The notes under the pieces: model-generated | What the model saw: the letters and a program-made list of their open reading frames with translations, nothing else | Databases searched by the model: none | Told to the model about the DNA's origin: nothing | Assembly (NCBI GenBank): GCA_963668695.2 | Contig: CAXXLQ010000004.1 | Span: forward strand, 2,624,001 to 2,688,000 | From: Vicinamibacteria bacterium | Lineage (GTDB): Bacteria; Acidobacteriota; Vicinamibacteria; Marinacidobacterales; Marinacidobacteraceae | Reading direction: 5' to 3' | Length of the DNA stretch: 64,000 bases | Made by a program: the position numbers and the translations under genes | Shown: positions 9,730-19,372 of the stretch, piece by piece | How the letters are laid out: each line of letters opens with the position of its first letter | How positions within the stretch are numbered: position 1 is the first letter of the stretch

Positions 9730-10842
9730 TCAGGGCTCCGGAGTGTGTTCCAGCGCCGCCTCGGCGAGGCGCCGGGCGGCTTCGGCGAGACCTTCGGCGT
9801 TTTGGACGTTCGAGAACACGGCGACTGCCGCTCCCCGTTCGGGAAGGCGGAGCAGACGCGTGGAGCCGCCGGTAGCGCCTCCCGAGTGGGCGACCCAGGT
9901 GCCCATCTCATCGGTGGAGATCCGCCAGCCCAGCGCGTACTCACTCATGGTCCCATCGGCGAGCTGATACGGCGTCGTCATCCGGGCATGGACATCGGCC
10001 GGGAGGATCGTCTCGGCATCGAGCGCGAGCGCGAAGCGGACGAGATCGGGGGCCGTGGAGATCATTCCGCCGCCGGCCCACTTGATGGAGAGATCCGCGA
10101 ACGGAGCGTTCAGAACGCCGGCGGCGTCCTCCCGCTTCACGTACTGGCGCACCCGACTCGGGACGATGTCACCCTGGTGCTCCAGGTACGTGACCTCCAT
10201 CCCCGCCGGTCCCCAGACGTTTTCCTGCAGGTAGTCGTCGAAGCTCTGTCCCGACACGTTCTCGACGATGCCGGCCACGATGTTCCAGGCGTAGGAGGAA
10301 TAGCTGTATTGCGTCCCGGGCTCGAAGACGAGCGGGTCGTCCTTGAAGATCTCGATGGCGGCCTCGATCGTGTCGAAATGGTCCTTCATGTCCATCTCGC
10401 CCGGGTTGTAGTGGCGGATGCCCGAGGTGTGCGTCATCAGATGGCGGACCGTGATCGGAAACTCCTTCTCGGGAAAGGCCGGGAAGTAGGTCTGAACCTC
10501 GGCGTCGAGGTCGACGGCGCCCTGGTCCACGAGCTGCATCATCGCGGTACCGGCGACGGGCTTCGAAACGGAAGCGATGCGGTACACGCTGTCCGCGGTT
10601 GCCGGCACCCCGTTCTCGACGTCGGCGAGTCCCGACGCGCCGCTCCAGATCAACTCTCCGTTCACTGCCACCGCGGCGGAGAGGCCGGGGCTGCCGGCGG
10701 TGTCCCGGGCTTCCGCCACGATCGCCATGAACGTCTCATCGAGCGTCGGCGCCGGTTCGGATCCGGCGCAGCCGGTGAGCAGCGCGAGGAGCAGAGCGGC
10801 CGGTGGCCACGGGTTCATATTCGGTAAAGCCGGGCGGTTCAT
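9730..10842 (-). CDS. Serine hydrolase, beta-lactamase/S12 family, probable lipoprotein
   Basis: SxxK (ASVSK), LMTHTSG, FEPGTQYSYSS, HSGG; LTGC lipobox; ATG overlaps the upstream stop. Confidence 0.88.
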   Translation of the reverse strand: MNRPALPNMNPWPPAALLLALLTGCAGSEPAPTLDETFMAIVAEARDTAGSPGLSAAVAVNGELIWSGASGLADVENGVPATADSVYRIASVSKPVAGTAMMQLVDQGAVDLDAEVQTYFPAFPEKEFPITVRHLMTHTSGIRHYNPGEMDMKDHFDTIEAAIEIFKDDPLVFEPGTQYSYSSYAWNIVAGIVENVSGQSFDDYLQENVWGPAGMEVTYLEHQGDIVPSRVRQYVKREDAAGVLNAPFADLSIKWAGGGMISTAPDLVRFALALDAETILPADVHARMTTPYQLADGTMSEYALGWRISTDEMGTWVAHSGGATGGSTRLLRLPERGAAVAVFSNVQNAEGLAEAARRLAEAALEHTPEP

Positions 10843-12056
10843 TGCTGTGCTCCTGGTGGGTTGTCGTCGGCGGTCAGGTGGGCGGTGACTTCCTCCCACA
10901 CCCGCTCGAAGTTGGCGCCGAGGATCCCCTCGACTTCATCACTGTCGAAACCGGCCTCGGCGAGCGCCTCGGCAATCGCTTCGAAGTTGGCTTCCTCGCC
11001 GAATCCTTCGCTGTAGGCGGACATCCCCCTCAGATCGCTCCCGATTCCCGCTGCGTCCATCCCCCCGAGGTCCGTAACGTAACGGATGTGCCGGGCCATG
11101 TCGGCGACGGTCGGGAGGAGACTCCCGTTCGGCCAGATCCCGATCACGCCTCCCGCCGCGGCGATCGCCTGGATTTCGGGATCGCGCAGGTTCCGGTCGG
11201 CCTCGCCGAGGGCAAACGCTCCGGTATGGCTGAAGATGACCGGAGCCCGGGAGAGCTCCAGCGTGTCCCGGATGGTCTCGGGATTCGCATGGGCGAGGTC
11301 AATGACGATGCCGAGCCGGTTGCACTCGCGAACCACCTCGCGCCCGAACTCGGTAAGCCCGCCGGGGGTGTAGGGCCACGTCTGGATGTGGCCCAGCCCG
11401 TTCGGCCGGAAATGCACGAGCTGCACCAGGGCGAGCCCCATTTCGTGGAGCTGGTGGAGCCGCCCGATCGCTCCCTCGAGCGAGTCCGCCCCTTCGAGCG
11501 CCGGAAGAATGCCGAGCACTCCCTCGGCGCGCGCCTTTCGGGCCTCGGCCGGGGTTCGCACGAAGACCGCGCGGCCCTCCGCCGCCGTGCGCGTCAACCG
11601 TTCGAAGCGGTCGAGGGTGTATTCCCAGGGTTCTGCGGGATCCGGGCGCCGGTTTCCGCTTTCGATCCGGGTTCCGTCGCGGAGCACGTAGCCGCCCCGG
11701 TACGGGGTGTCGGTGCTGATGGTGGCCACCACCGCGTCCATGCCCCGGTCGAGGTAGCGGGCGATCTCTTCGTCGCTGATCCGCGGCACGTTGGCGCGGT
11801 GGAACCGGGAGGGATGGGAGTGGAGGTCGATCCGGAGCGTTTCTTCACTCTGCCGGACCGTTTCTTCACTCTGCCGGACCGTTTCTTCACTCTGCCGGAC
11901 CGTTTCTTCACTCTGCCGGACCGTTTCTTCACTCTGCCGGACCGGGGCGCTCTCTCCCGGAGAGGTAGCGGCCGCCTCGGGTAGAGCTGTCCCAAAAGCG
12001 ACTCCCGGCGCCAGGGATACCAGGAAGCAAACGGCCGGCGGAAGCGAGCGCTTCAT
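10839..12056 (-). CDS. Membrane dipeptidase (M19 family) with an N-terminal VRQSEET repeat
   Basis: DLH, LEGAD, GLTEFGREVVRECNRLGIVIDLAH, FSH, GIGSD, ILGANF; signal peptide. Confidence 0.88.
   Translation of the reverse strand: MKRSLPPAVCFLVSLAPGVAFGTALPEAAATSPGESAPVRQSEETVRQSEETVRQSEETVRQSEETVRQSEETLRIDLHSHPSRFHRANVPRISDEEIARYLDRGMDAVVATISTDTPYRGGYVLRDGTRIESGNRRPDPAEPWEYTLDRFERLTRTAAEGRAVFVRTPAEARKARAEGVLGILPALEGADSLEGAIGRLHQLHEMGLALVQLVHFRPNGLGHIQTWPYTPGGLTEFGREVVRECNRLGIVIDLAHANPETIRDTLELSRAPVIFSHTGAFALGEADRNLRDPEIQAIAAAGGVIGIWPNGSLLPTVADMARHIRYVTDLGGMDAAGIGSDLRGMSAYSEGFGEEANFEAIAEALAEAGFDSDEVEGILGANFERVWEEVTAHLTADDNPPGAQQ
11838..11942. repeat. Perfect 21-bp tandem repeat x5 (in-frame VNTR)
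   Basis: CGTTTCTTCACTCTGCCGGAC repeated five times. Confidence 0.95.
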
Positions 12057-12159
12057 CCGATGACGTCCCGGCTCAGTTGGCGGCCTGTGACGAAGAGTCG
12101 CGCCCAGCATCGGATTGCGGCGCGGAGCGCCGCGGGGTCGGGTTTCCCTTCCCCACGGG

Positions 12160-13551
12160 CTATTGCTGCTGTTCGTCGGTCGTCTCCGACGGCAGCACCA
12201 CCCGGCCGACCCCGTCACGGATCTCGAGCTGCGTGCCGTAGGGCTCGGAGAGACGCACCACATCCTGAAGGATCTTGTCGGCGAGCGCTCCCTCGGCCAT
12301 CATCGGGCGGCCGCGAACGTGGCGCGGTTTGCCGTGATTCAGCGTGATCGGATGCAGCGTCAACTCCACCAATTGCCCACCGCTCCACTCGGGCACCGCG
12401 ATGACCGCCTCCCAGATCTCGGGGAGGGCCGGGAAGCCGGTGGTGTCGTTGTTGTAGCGCGCCTCGTTGAAGTCGGCGAGCCCGTCGGTCTCGCCAAGCC
12501 CGACCCCCGAGTAGTTCTCATAGGGCAGGCGCTGCAGCGTTTCGTTCTGGAACAGGAAGTCGCCGAGGCTGTAGAGGATCGGCGCTCCCTGGTAGATCTC
12601 GATCGCGCGCAGCGCGTGGGGTCCGTGCCCCACAAAGACCGAGGCTCCCGCATCCACCATCGCCCGGGCGAAGGTGACGAGGAACTGGGCGGGCACGAAG
12701 CGGCTGTCGGGGCCCGGCGCGCCCTCGTGGGCGTGGATGGTCACGATGACGTAGTCCGCCTGTCGGCTCGCGTTGTTCACCACCATGGCGATCTCCGCCA
12801 GATCCTCGGGATGCGGCTCGGTACGGACTCCCGGGGCATCCGCCAGTTCGAAGCGGTTGCGCAGGAAGTTCAGGCTCGTCCCCTCCGCGGGCGGGTTCAT
12901 CTTGAGGTCGCGCATGGTGGCGCGGATGCCCTCGAGCTGGTCCTTCGTGACCTCGTAGGTCCTGATGTGGCGCAGCGGATTCAATCCCGGCCGGGGCGGC
13001 ATGTCGTCGCGCGACTTGCCGGCCATCGCGTGGTTGGGGAAGGACGAGGAGAGCGAAATCAGCGCCACCCGGCCGTCCTTGGTCTCAACGAACTTGGCTT
13101 CGCGGGCCTCGGCGAGGCTTTGCCCCACTCCGGCAGCGACGATTCCGGCTTCCCTGATGTATTTTTCGGTCAGCAGCATGGCCGGCGGACCGAAATCTCC
13201 GGAGTGGTTGTTGGCCAGCGACCCCAGGTCGAACCCGGCCCACACGAATTCCTGCACGAGTTCGGGCTGGGCGCGCATGTAGGTGCCGCCGCTCGAACTC
13301 ATCGGGTAGGACTCGTAGTCGTGGAACAGCATTTCCACGTTGGTGAAGGCGAGGTCGGCATCCCGCAACAGGTCGATCATCCGGAGGAACTGGGGCTCCT
13401 CGTACACGCTCATCTTGCGGGTAATGATCGAATCGCCGGTGAGGGCCAGGGTGAAGCGGCTCTGTGCGAGGGCCTCGGCCGCGAGTCCAGCGGTCAGCGC
13501 CCCGGCGACGACGACGGCGAGAAAACGGGATTTCTTTGTTCTGTTGACCAT
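12160..13551 (-). CDS. CapA/PgsA family metallophosphatase-fold protein
   Basis: LTGD, NVE, ANNHSGDFG, IHAHE, GHGPH, YSLGDF; signal peptide; GGAGGA RBS. Confidence 0.88.
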   Translation of the reverse strand: MVNRTKKSRFLAVVVAGALTAGLAAEALAQSRFTLALTGDSIITRKMSVYEEPQFLRMIDLLRDADLAFTNVEMLFHDYESYPMSSSGGTYMRAQPELVQEFVWAGFDLGSLANNHSGDFGPPAMLLTEKYIREAGIVAAGVGQSLAEAREAKFVETKDGRVALISLSSSFPNHAMAGKSRDDMPPRPGLNPLRHIRTYEVTKDQLEGIRATMRDLKMNPPAEGTSLNFLRNRFELADAPGVRTEPHPEDLAEIAMVVNNASRQADYVIVTIHAHEGAPGPDSRFVPAQFLVTFARAMVDAGASVFVGHGPHALRAIEIYQGAPILYSLGDFLFQNETLQRLPYENYSGVGLGETDGLADFNEARYNNDTTGFPALPEIWEAVIAVPEWSGGQLVELTLHPITLNHGKPRHVRGRPMMAEGALADKILQDVVRLSEPYGTQLEIRDGVGRVVLPSETTDEQQQ

Positions 13552-13606
13552 GGACAGGGTCCTCCGCGGAAAACCCGAGTGTATGGCACCCGGGAACAAC
13601 GGGCCA

Positions 13607-13690
13607 GGAGCGCCGGCCAGTTCTCCCCCAGTTCTCCCCCGGTGGGGGCCTTCAGACCGGCATCGCCCCGCCTAGCGGGGCAAGACTCAC
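13607..13690 (+). repeat. REP-like repeat carrying a stuttered 18-nt micro-insert
   Basis: GGAGCGCCGG-[CCAGTTCTCCC CCAGTTCTCCCCCGGTGGGGG]-CCTTCAGACCGGCA plus a second hairpin. Confidence 0.75.
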
Positions 13691-13751
13691 GGTGCTGTTC
13701 GCGGTGATGACGCCACCGGGCAAGGAAAGCTGACCTCCCGGTCGCCGTTGG

Positions 13752-15203
13752 TCAGCGCCGGTAATCGAGCGGCGGCGGCCGGTCGCCCAGCAGCGGCTTG
13801 TACACGAAATCCGGTCCCCGCGCGGCGTTCAACTCGGCGAGCGCCGCGGTCAGGTAGGACGGATCCTGAAAGAGGTCGGCGCCGGTGCGCGCGAGCACCT
13901 GGGCGGCAAGATGCATGCCCTTCAGGCCGATGCTCGTTCCGCCGCAGGCGACCGCCTGCCAACTGTGCGCCGGCGTTCCCGGTACCCAGGTGGCAGTGCG
14001 GAACTGCGCGGTGGGAACCACCCAGCTCACGTCGGCCACGTCGGTCGAACCGCCCGCCGGCGTTCTCGCCCAGTCCATGACCTCCTCCTGGGAGCCGATC
14101 GGACGCGGTTGCTGCAGGTGCTTCTGGATTTCCTCGGCGAAAGCCCGCTCCTCGTCGGTGTAAGTGAAGCCGCCGACCGCCTTCATGTTCTTGAAGAGGA
14201 GCCGCCCGAGGTGCTCGTTCGGAAGGATGTTGTAGATCCCGTGGATCATCTCGTGCTCGACTTCGGTCTCGGTGCCGAGCGCCGCCGCGTCGGCGGTCTT
14301 CAGAATCCGCTCCCAGTTGGCGCGGGCCGTTTCCACCGAGGGATGGCGGTTGTAGTAATAGACCTCGGCGAAGTTGGGGACCACATTCGGGGCTTCGCCC
14401 CCCCGGGTGATCACGTAGTGGATCCGGCTGCGCTCATTGACGTGCTCGCGCATCATGTTCACCATGAAGTTCATGGCCTCCACCGCGTCGAGCGCCGATC
14501 GGCCCTGGTCCGGAGCTCCCGCCGCATGGGCGGAGACGCCCCGGAACCGGAACTTGGCCGACAGGTTGGCGAGCGAATCGCCCGGGCTCGCGTCGTTCCG
14601 GTCCCCGGGATGCCAGGCAAGCACGGCGTCCACGTCGGCAAAAAGACCCTCCCGGACCATGTACACCTTGCCGGCGCCGCCCTCTTCAGCGGGGGTGCCG
14701 TAGACGCGGATCCTTCCGGGCGTTCCCGACCGTTCGAGCCAGTCCCGGATTGCGAGTCCCGCGGCCACCGAGGCCGTCCCGAACAGGTGGTGACCGCAGG
14801 CATGCCCGGCGCCCACGCCTTCGCGCTCCATGGGTTCCGGGACGGCCGCCTGGCTCACGCCCGGCAGGGCGTCGAACTCGGCGAGGATGCCGATCACCGG
14901 GCTTCCCGATCCCCACTCGGCGACGAACCCGGTGGGCATCCCGGCGACCCCCGCTTCCACCGAGAAACCGCCGGCGGTGAGCTGTTCCTGGAGGAGGGTT
15001 GAACTCTGTTCCTCCTGGTAGCCCACTTCGGCCCAGTCCCAGATGCGAAGCGCCACCTCCTCGAAATCGGTGCGCTGGGCGTTCAGGAACCGGGAGACGA
15101 CGGCAGCGGCGTCCCCGCTCTGGGCGGCGGACAGCATCGGCAGGGAAAACACGGAAAACAGGACCAGGTTCAGCACACGGGCAACTCGCATCGGAACTCG
15201 CAT
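13752..15203 (-). CDS. M20 family amidohydrolase (AbgB-like)
   Basis: AEFDALPG, GHACGHH, GTPAEEGG, WHPG, GGSTDV; signal peptide; GAGGAGG RBS. Confidence 0.88.
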   Translation of the reverse strand: MRVPMRVARVLNLVLFSVFSLPMLSAAQSGDAAAVVSRFLNAQRTDFEEVALRIWDWAEVGYQEEQSSTLLQEQLTAGGFSVEAGVAGMPTGFVAEWGSGSPVIGILAEFDALPGVSQAAVPEPMEREGVGAGHACGHHLFGTASVAAGLAIRDWLERSGTPGRIRVYGTPAEEGGAGKVYMVREGLFADVDAVLAWHPGDRNDASPGDSLANLSAKFRFRGVSAHAAGAPDQGRSALDAVEAMNFMVNMMREHVNERSRIHYVITRGGEAPNVVPNFAEVYYYNRHPSVETARANWERILKTADAAALGTETEVEHEMIHGIYNILPNEHLGRLLFKNMKAVGGFTYTDEERAFAEEIQKHLQQPRPIGSQEEVMDWARTPAGGSTDVADVSWVVPTAQFRTATWVPGTPAHSWQAVACGGTSIGLKGMHLAAQVLARTGADLFQDPSYLTAALAELNAARGPDFVYKPLLGDRPPPLDYRR

Positions 15204-15316
15204 TGGGGGGCCTCCTCGGTCGGCGGGTGGGGTCTCGGAGCGGCTTTCGAGTGTACCCGGCTGCGGCGGCATTTCCGTTCTGTCGTAAGACTGGATCGGC
15301 GCGTTACAGTGGGCGC

Positions 15317-16300
15317 ATGACGATTGGAAAGACCCGATCAGCCTTGATGGTGGTTCTCATGCTGCTGTTCGCCGCCGTAGGGCAGGGTGATGACGTTGGT
15401 GCGAAGAACGGCACGCCGGCCGACGCAGAAGAGGCGAAGGAGGACATCAGGGAGCAACTCTCCGATTCCCTGGCAACGGACGCGACGACCGGGCTGCGGG
15501 GCGCGCTGGGGTTCTCGGTGGCCCCCGCGCAGAGCAACTACGGATCGTCCGGGATGCGGATCGAACTGTTCGGGCGCGTGGGTCTGCCGTTGCTCAACGT
15601 CTCGGCGGAGGACTCGGTCGGCTTCATGGGTGACCTGCCGGCTGGCGTGGAGGGCGGCGGGGGCACCATTTCCGCCTCCAGGCTCAGTTCGGAATTCGGT
15701 TGGGGCGTGGGAGCTCGCCTCATGTCGGGGAACTGGGGAATCGAAGGGAGCTACAACATCTTCGAGAGTCTCGATCTCACGCCGTCCTGGCTCGTCGCGG
15801 ATTCGAATGGAGCGACAGCGGAAGAAGCCGCACAGTTCGGCCAGCCGCTGGTGCCATCCCAGGCCCGACTGGTCCTCGGACAGGCCATCCGGGTCTTCCA
15901 GCTTGGGGGCGGCGCGGAGCTTTCCCTGGGGGTCGGCGCAGGGTGGCTCCAGGCGACCGATTCGGGAACGGATCTGCTGCTCTCCGGCGGGCCGTCCCAG
16001 TTCCCGTCGGAGGACCTCCCCATTCTGCCCGCCTTCGTTCCCGAGGTCGAATTCACCGCCGACCGGAAATCCGTGGTCTATGCCGGCTCGTTGGGAGTCG
16101 CGTTCCGTTTCGGCCGAATCATGCTTCGTCCCCGGGTTGACGTGGTGGTGTCCCGAGCCCTGACCACCGACCTGGCGATTGGGTTCGGGGACCTCGAGGA
16201 GTTGGGAGCGGAGGGGTTGGGTGAAGTCGGATTCCACTACGGCACGAGCGTGAAGCCGACCATCTTCCTCTTTTTGTTGGACATCGGCCTCGGGAACTGA
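15317..16300 (+). CDS. Hypothetical exported protein, possible outer-membrane beta-barrel
   Basis: Signal peptide, Gly/aromatic amphipathic strands, similar to the next gene. Confidence 0.55.
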   Translation: MTIGKTRSALMVVLMLLFAAVGQGDDVGAKNGTPADAEEAKEDIREQLSDSLATDATTGLRGALGFSVAPAQSNYGSSGMRIELFGRVGLPLLNVSAEDSVGFMGDLPAGVEGGGGTISASRLSSEFGWGVGARLMSGNWGIEGSYNIFESLDLTPSWLVADSNGATAEEAAQFGQPLVPSQARLVLGQAIRVFQLGGGAELSLGVGAGWLQATDSGTDLLLSGGPSQFPSEDLPILPAFVPEVEFTADRKSVVYAGSLGVAFRFGRIMLRPRVDVVVSRALTTDLAIGFGDLEELGAEGLGEVGFHYGTSVKPTIFLFLLDIGLGN

Positions 16301-16358
16301 CCGGGGCGAGGGAGACGCCGCGGACCGCCGCAGCCTCCAGGCCGGCATTGGAGGAACC

Positions 16359-17237
16359 ATGCTTCGTCTGGCGATCCTGACCACCCTCCTGGCAATGATC
16401 CAGGCTGCTCCCGTCGGCGGTACCGAGGAGCCGAAACGGCGCCTACCCGATGTCCAGCCGGGCGAACCCACCGAGCCGCCCCGTTCATCGGATGGGGACA
16501 GTTCCTGGGAGATCCAGTTCGCCGGCCACGGTGGGCTTGCCGGGCTGATCTCGCGTGGAGAGGTCAGGCTTCTGATAGCGAGTGCCGCGAGCCCGGTCGA
16601 CGAGACCGTGGGCTACTCCCGCGAGGGGAGCTGGGGCGCCGGCCTGCGGGTGATTCGGGGAGGGTGGGGCCTCGAGGTCCAGCATCACCGCGTTGCCGGA
16701 CGGGGCTTCATGCCGGCCGCGATGGTGCGCGAAACCAATTGGCGCGGCGCGCAGGAACTGGCACTCACGGACTCAGCAAACGACCTCTTGAGCGCGTTTG
16801 CCGTCCGGGAGTTCTCCCTCCGCGATGAGCGGGTCAGGTTCTATCTGGCCGCGGGCGCCGGGTACCTGCTGATGGGAGGGGATTCCGGCCGGCTGGCGGT
16901 GAACGACATCCCGCCCGGGATTTCCGGAGCCTACGACTTCGGCGGGGAGTCCTCCGACGCCTCTATCGAGGTGGTCGGGGGTGACTTCCGCGCAGACCGC
17001 GGTGTCGCGATCTTCGGCGGTTCGCTGGGCCTCACTCTGAGGATGGGACGGATGTTCCTGCGCCCGCGGCTTGATGCGTTCGTCGGGCGGGCGCGGGATA
17101 CCGAGGAGAGTTGGGACATGCGGTTCACCTTCCCCGAGCGCGAGGTACCTGGCGGGGACACGATGACGCTCCACACCAGCGTTCGACCGAGGTTCCTGTT
17201 CTTCAGCGTGGATGTCGGCTGGTCGGTGGGAAGGTAG
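16359..17237 (+). CDS. Hypothetical exported protein, possible outer-membrane beta-barrel (paralog of the previous gene)
   Basis: GGAGG RBS, signal peptide, shared motifs WG(A/V)GxR, GSLG, LRPR(V/L)D, D(I/V)G. Confidence 0.6.
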   Translation: MLRLAILTTLLAMIQAAPVGGTEEPKRRLPDVQPGEPTEPPRSSDGDSSWEIQFAGHGGLAGLISRGEVRLLIASAASPVDETVGYSREGSWGAGLRVIRGGWGLEVQHHRVAGRGFMPAAMVRETNWRGAQELALTDSANDLLSAFAVREFSLRDERVRFYLAAGAGYLLMGGDSGRLAVNDIPPGISGAYDFGGESSDASIEVVGGDFRADRGVAIFGGSLGLTLRMGRMFLRPRLDAFVGRARDTEESWDMRFTFPEREVPGGDTMTLHTSVRPRFLFFSVDVGWSVGR

Positions 17238-17247
17238 CGAAATAGGG

Positions 17248-18336
17248 GTGCCCCGCAAGAGGCGGGTGATTTCCGCGCGGCTCCTTTCGTATGCCGCTGT
17301 GGTCGCTTTGGTCGCGTCGCCTCTGCAGGCGTACCTCTTCTTCTCCGACACCGGCCGGCTGTGGGTGATGTCTTCGGAGCGGGCTGTCCGGTGGGAAAGA
17401 GACGCGTTTCCGCTGCGATTCCGCATTCTGGATACGGGCAACCTCCCCGAGTACGGGAACCTGACCCGCGAGAAATGGCGTGAGATCGTCCGAGCGGGAT
17501 TCGGCGCCTGGACCGCTGTCGAGACGGCGGACATCGGCATCGTTCTCGAAGACCTCCACATTGCTTCCATCCGGTCCGACGGGTCGGACAGGATCAACAC
17601 CATCGGGTTCGAGGTCGCTGAGGACCGCGGCTACCCGGCGTCCGCACTTTGGATTTACAGGGATGGCCGGATGCTCGAATGCGACATCCATCTTGATCCG
17701 ACGATCTTCGACAACTGGCCGCGAGATGATCCAGCGGTGCAGGAGTGGGCGGCTTACTTTCTCGAGGAGGTGGTCGCGCACGAGATGGGACACTGTCTAG
17801 GTCTGACTCACGCACCTGCAAACCCCGTTTGGCTCGGGCAAAGCGCAAACTCGGCGAACTGGCCTCCGGGTTTCCTTCCCGAGACGCTCGCCGGTCTTTC
17901 CTCCGACCCGCAGATGTCCATTGCCGCCAGCTACGGCGTCCCCCGACTGATGCCTGACGATCGGATCGGGGTGTCTCTCCTGTATCCGGCGCCCGGGTTC
18001 CTCGAGGAGCGCGGCTCCATCGGCGGGCGCGTCGCGTTTGCTGATGGTACGCCGGCAGCTTTTGTGTATGTCCAGGCGGTGGACTATGCCGCCGGGACGG
18101 CGGTCTTCGGTCCGGGCGCCTTCGCCGACGAACGGGGCCAGTTCCGAGTCGAGGGACTACCCCCCGGGCCGGTTCATCTCTGGGTGCGCCCGACCCGATT
18201 CTTCCCGGAGCAACCCGCCTTTCAGGATGCCGGAACGGCGGACATCCTGGACGAACACCGGTGGTTTTCCGTCCGGGCCGGGGTCGTGACCATCGTGCCG
18301 GAAATCACGGTGACCGCCGGCCGGAGCCCTCCATGA
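17248..18336 (+). CDS. Matrixin-like (metzincin) metalloprotease with a C-terminal carboxypeptidase-regulatory-like domain
   Basis: HEMGHCLGLTH zinc motif, Met-turn (PQMS), DDRIG; signal peptide; start approximate. Confidence 0.8.
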   Translation: MPRKRRVISARLLSYAAVVALVASPLQAYLFFSDTGRLWVMSSERAVRWERDAFPLRFRILDTGNLPEYGNLTREKWREIVRAGFGAWTAVETADIGIVLEDLHIASIRSDGSDRINTIGFEVAEDRGYPASALWIYRDGRMLECDIHLDPTIFDNWPRDDPAVQEWAAYFLEEVVAHEMGHCLGLTHAPANPVWLGQSANSANWPPGFLPETLAGLSSDPQMSIAASYGVPRLMPDDRIGVSLLYPAPGFLEERGSIGGRVAFADGTPAAFVYVQAVDYAAGTAVFGPGAFADERGQFRVEGLPPGPVHLWVRPTRFFPEQPAFQDAGTADILDEHRWFSVRAGVVTIVPEITVTAGRSPP

Positions 18337-19283
18337 GGACAGCGCCGGCGCTGGCGTTGCTGGGGTTCCTGCTGGCCACTGCCGGATGCGGCTCCCCGAC
18401 GGCCCCGCCCGGTCGCTGGATTCCAGAGCCGTCACCGCCGCCGCCAGAGCGCTTCCTTGTACGGCTCGATGGAGTGTTCTATGCGCCTGGGTCGGTGATC
18501 GAATTGAGTCCCGGCAACCCGATCGAGATCGAGGTACTCGTTTATCCGAACACGAGTTTCCCGTTGGAAGGGCCCACTCCGAACTGGGCCGGCTTCGTCG
18601 TGGAGACCGACGCGCCGGCGGAGAGGCTCTTGATTCGCCGGTCGATTGCGTGGCGAGAGGTCTATGAGCGAGAGGACCCGGAGACGGGCGACCCGACGCA
18701 GGTAGGCGTAGCCGTCGGGATAATCCGCCTCGAAGCTCTCGAGTCAGGTGAAACCACGGATCCCGGAGAAGTCCACGAAGTCCGGATCGGCGCCCCGGCC
18801 GGCGGTTTCCCGGGCCCGCCCGAGATCGAGGTGGATACCACCCCGCTGCGGTTCCGGGTGGTCGCGCCGAGCCCCGCGATCTCGTGCGACGAACTGACCC
18901 TGACGGCTGCACCGGACCACCGATCAGGCGAGCCCGGAGGTTTCTTCCGGCGTCTGTTCGAGGACGCCGGGGAGTTCAATTCCGGAAGATTCACGCTCCG
19001 GGCGCCCGGCTTCGGGGCCGGGCTGCGTCTTGTCGCTCCTTACCGGTTCCGGGGTGGCGAGTTAACGGACACCGAGTGGGATCCCTCGGCGCAGCGGAAG
19101 ACGGACGAGATCGGATTTCCCTTCCTCTTCGCGGCGGGAATGAATCTGCGAGCGGTGGAAGGCGGCTTCGAGCAGACGTTCGAGCTCGGATGGTTCGACG
19201 AGCTGGAACTCGCAGCGCACGCGCCCGGGTGTGAACCCCGCCGCCTCCGCTGCGACACGCGCGGAAGCTGTTTCATGGACTGA
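18333..19283 (+). CDS. Hypothetical lipoprotein
   Basis: ATGA overlap with the previous gene; MRTAPALALLGFLLATAGC lipobox. Confidence 0.65.
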   Translation: MRTAPALALLGFLLATAGCGSPTAPPGRWIPEPSPPPPERFLVRLDGVFYAPGSVIELSPGNPIEIEVLVYPNTSFPLEGPTPNWAGFVVETDAPAERLLIRRSIAWREVYEREDPETGDPTQVGVAVGIIRLEALESGETTDPGEVHEVRIGAPAGGFPGPPEIEVDTTPLRFRVVAPSPAISCDELTLTAAPDHRSGEPGGFFRRLFEDAGEFNSGRFTLRAPGFGAGLRLVAPYRFRGGELTDTEWDPSAQRKTDEIGFPFLFAAGMNLRAVEGGFEQTFELGWFDELELAAHAPGCEPRRLRCDTRGSCFMD

Positions 19284-19313
19284 CGCCTCGCAAGAGGCGG
19301 CGCCCAGCGGCGG

Positions 19314-19352
19314 AAAATAGAAAAGGCGCCGGCCCATGAGGGCCGGCGCCTT
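19314..19352 (-). terminator. Rho-independent terminator of the TonB receptor gene
   Basis: 13-bp stem AAGGCGCCGGCCC/GGGCCGGCGCCTT followed on the minus strand by TTCTATTTT. Confidence 0.8.
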
Positions 19353-19372
19353 GAAGGTGCTTGAGGGTGTGC

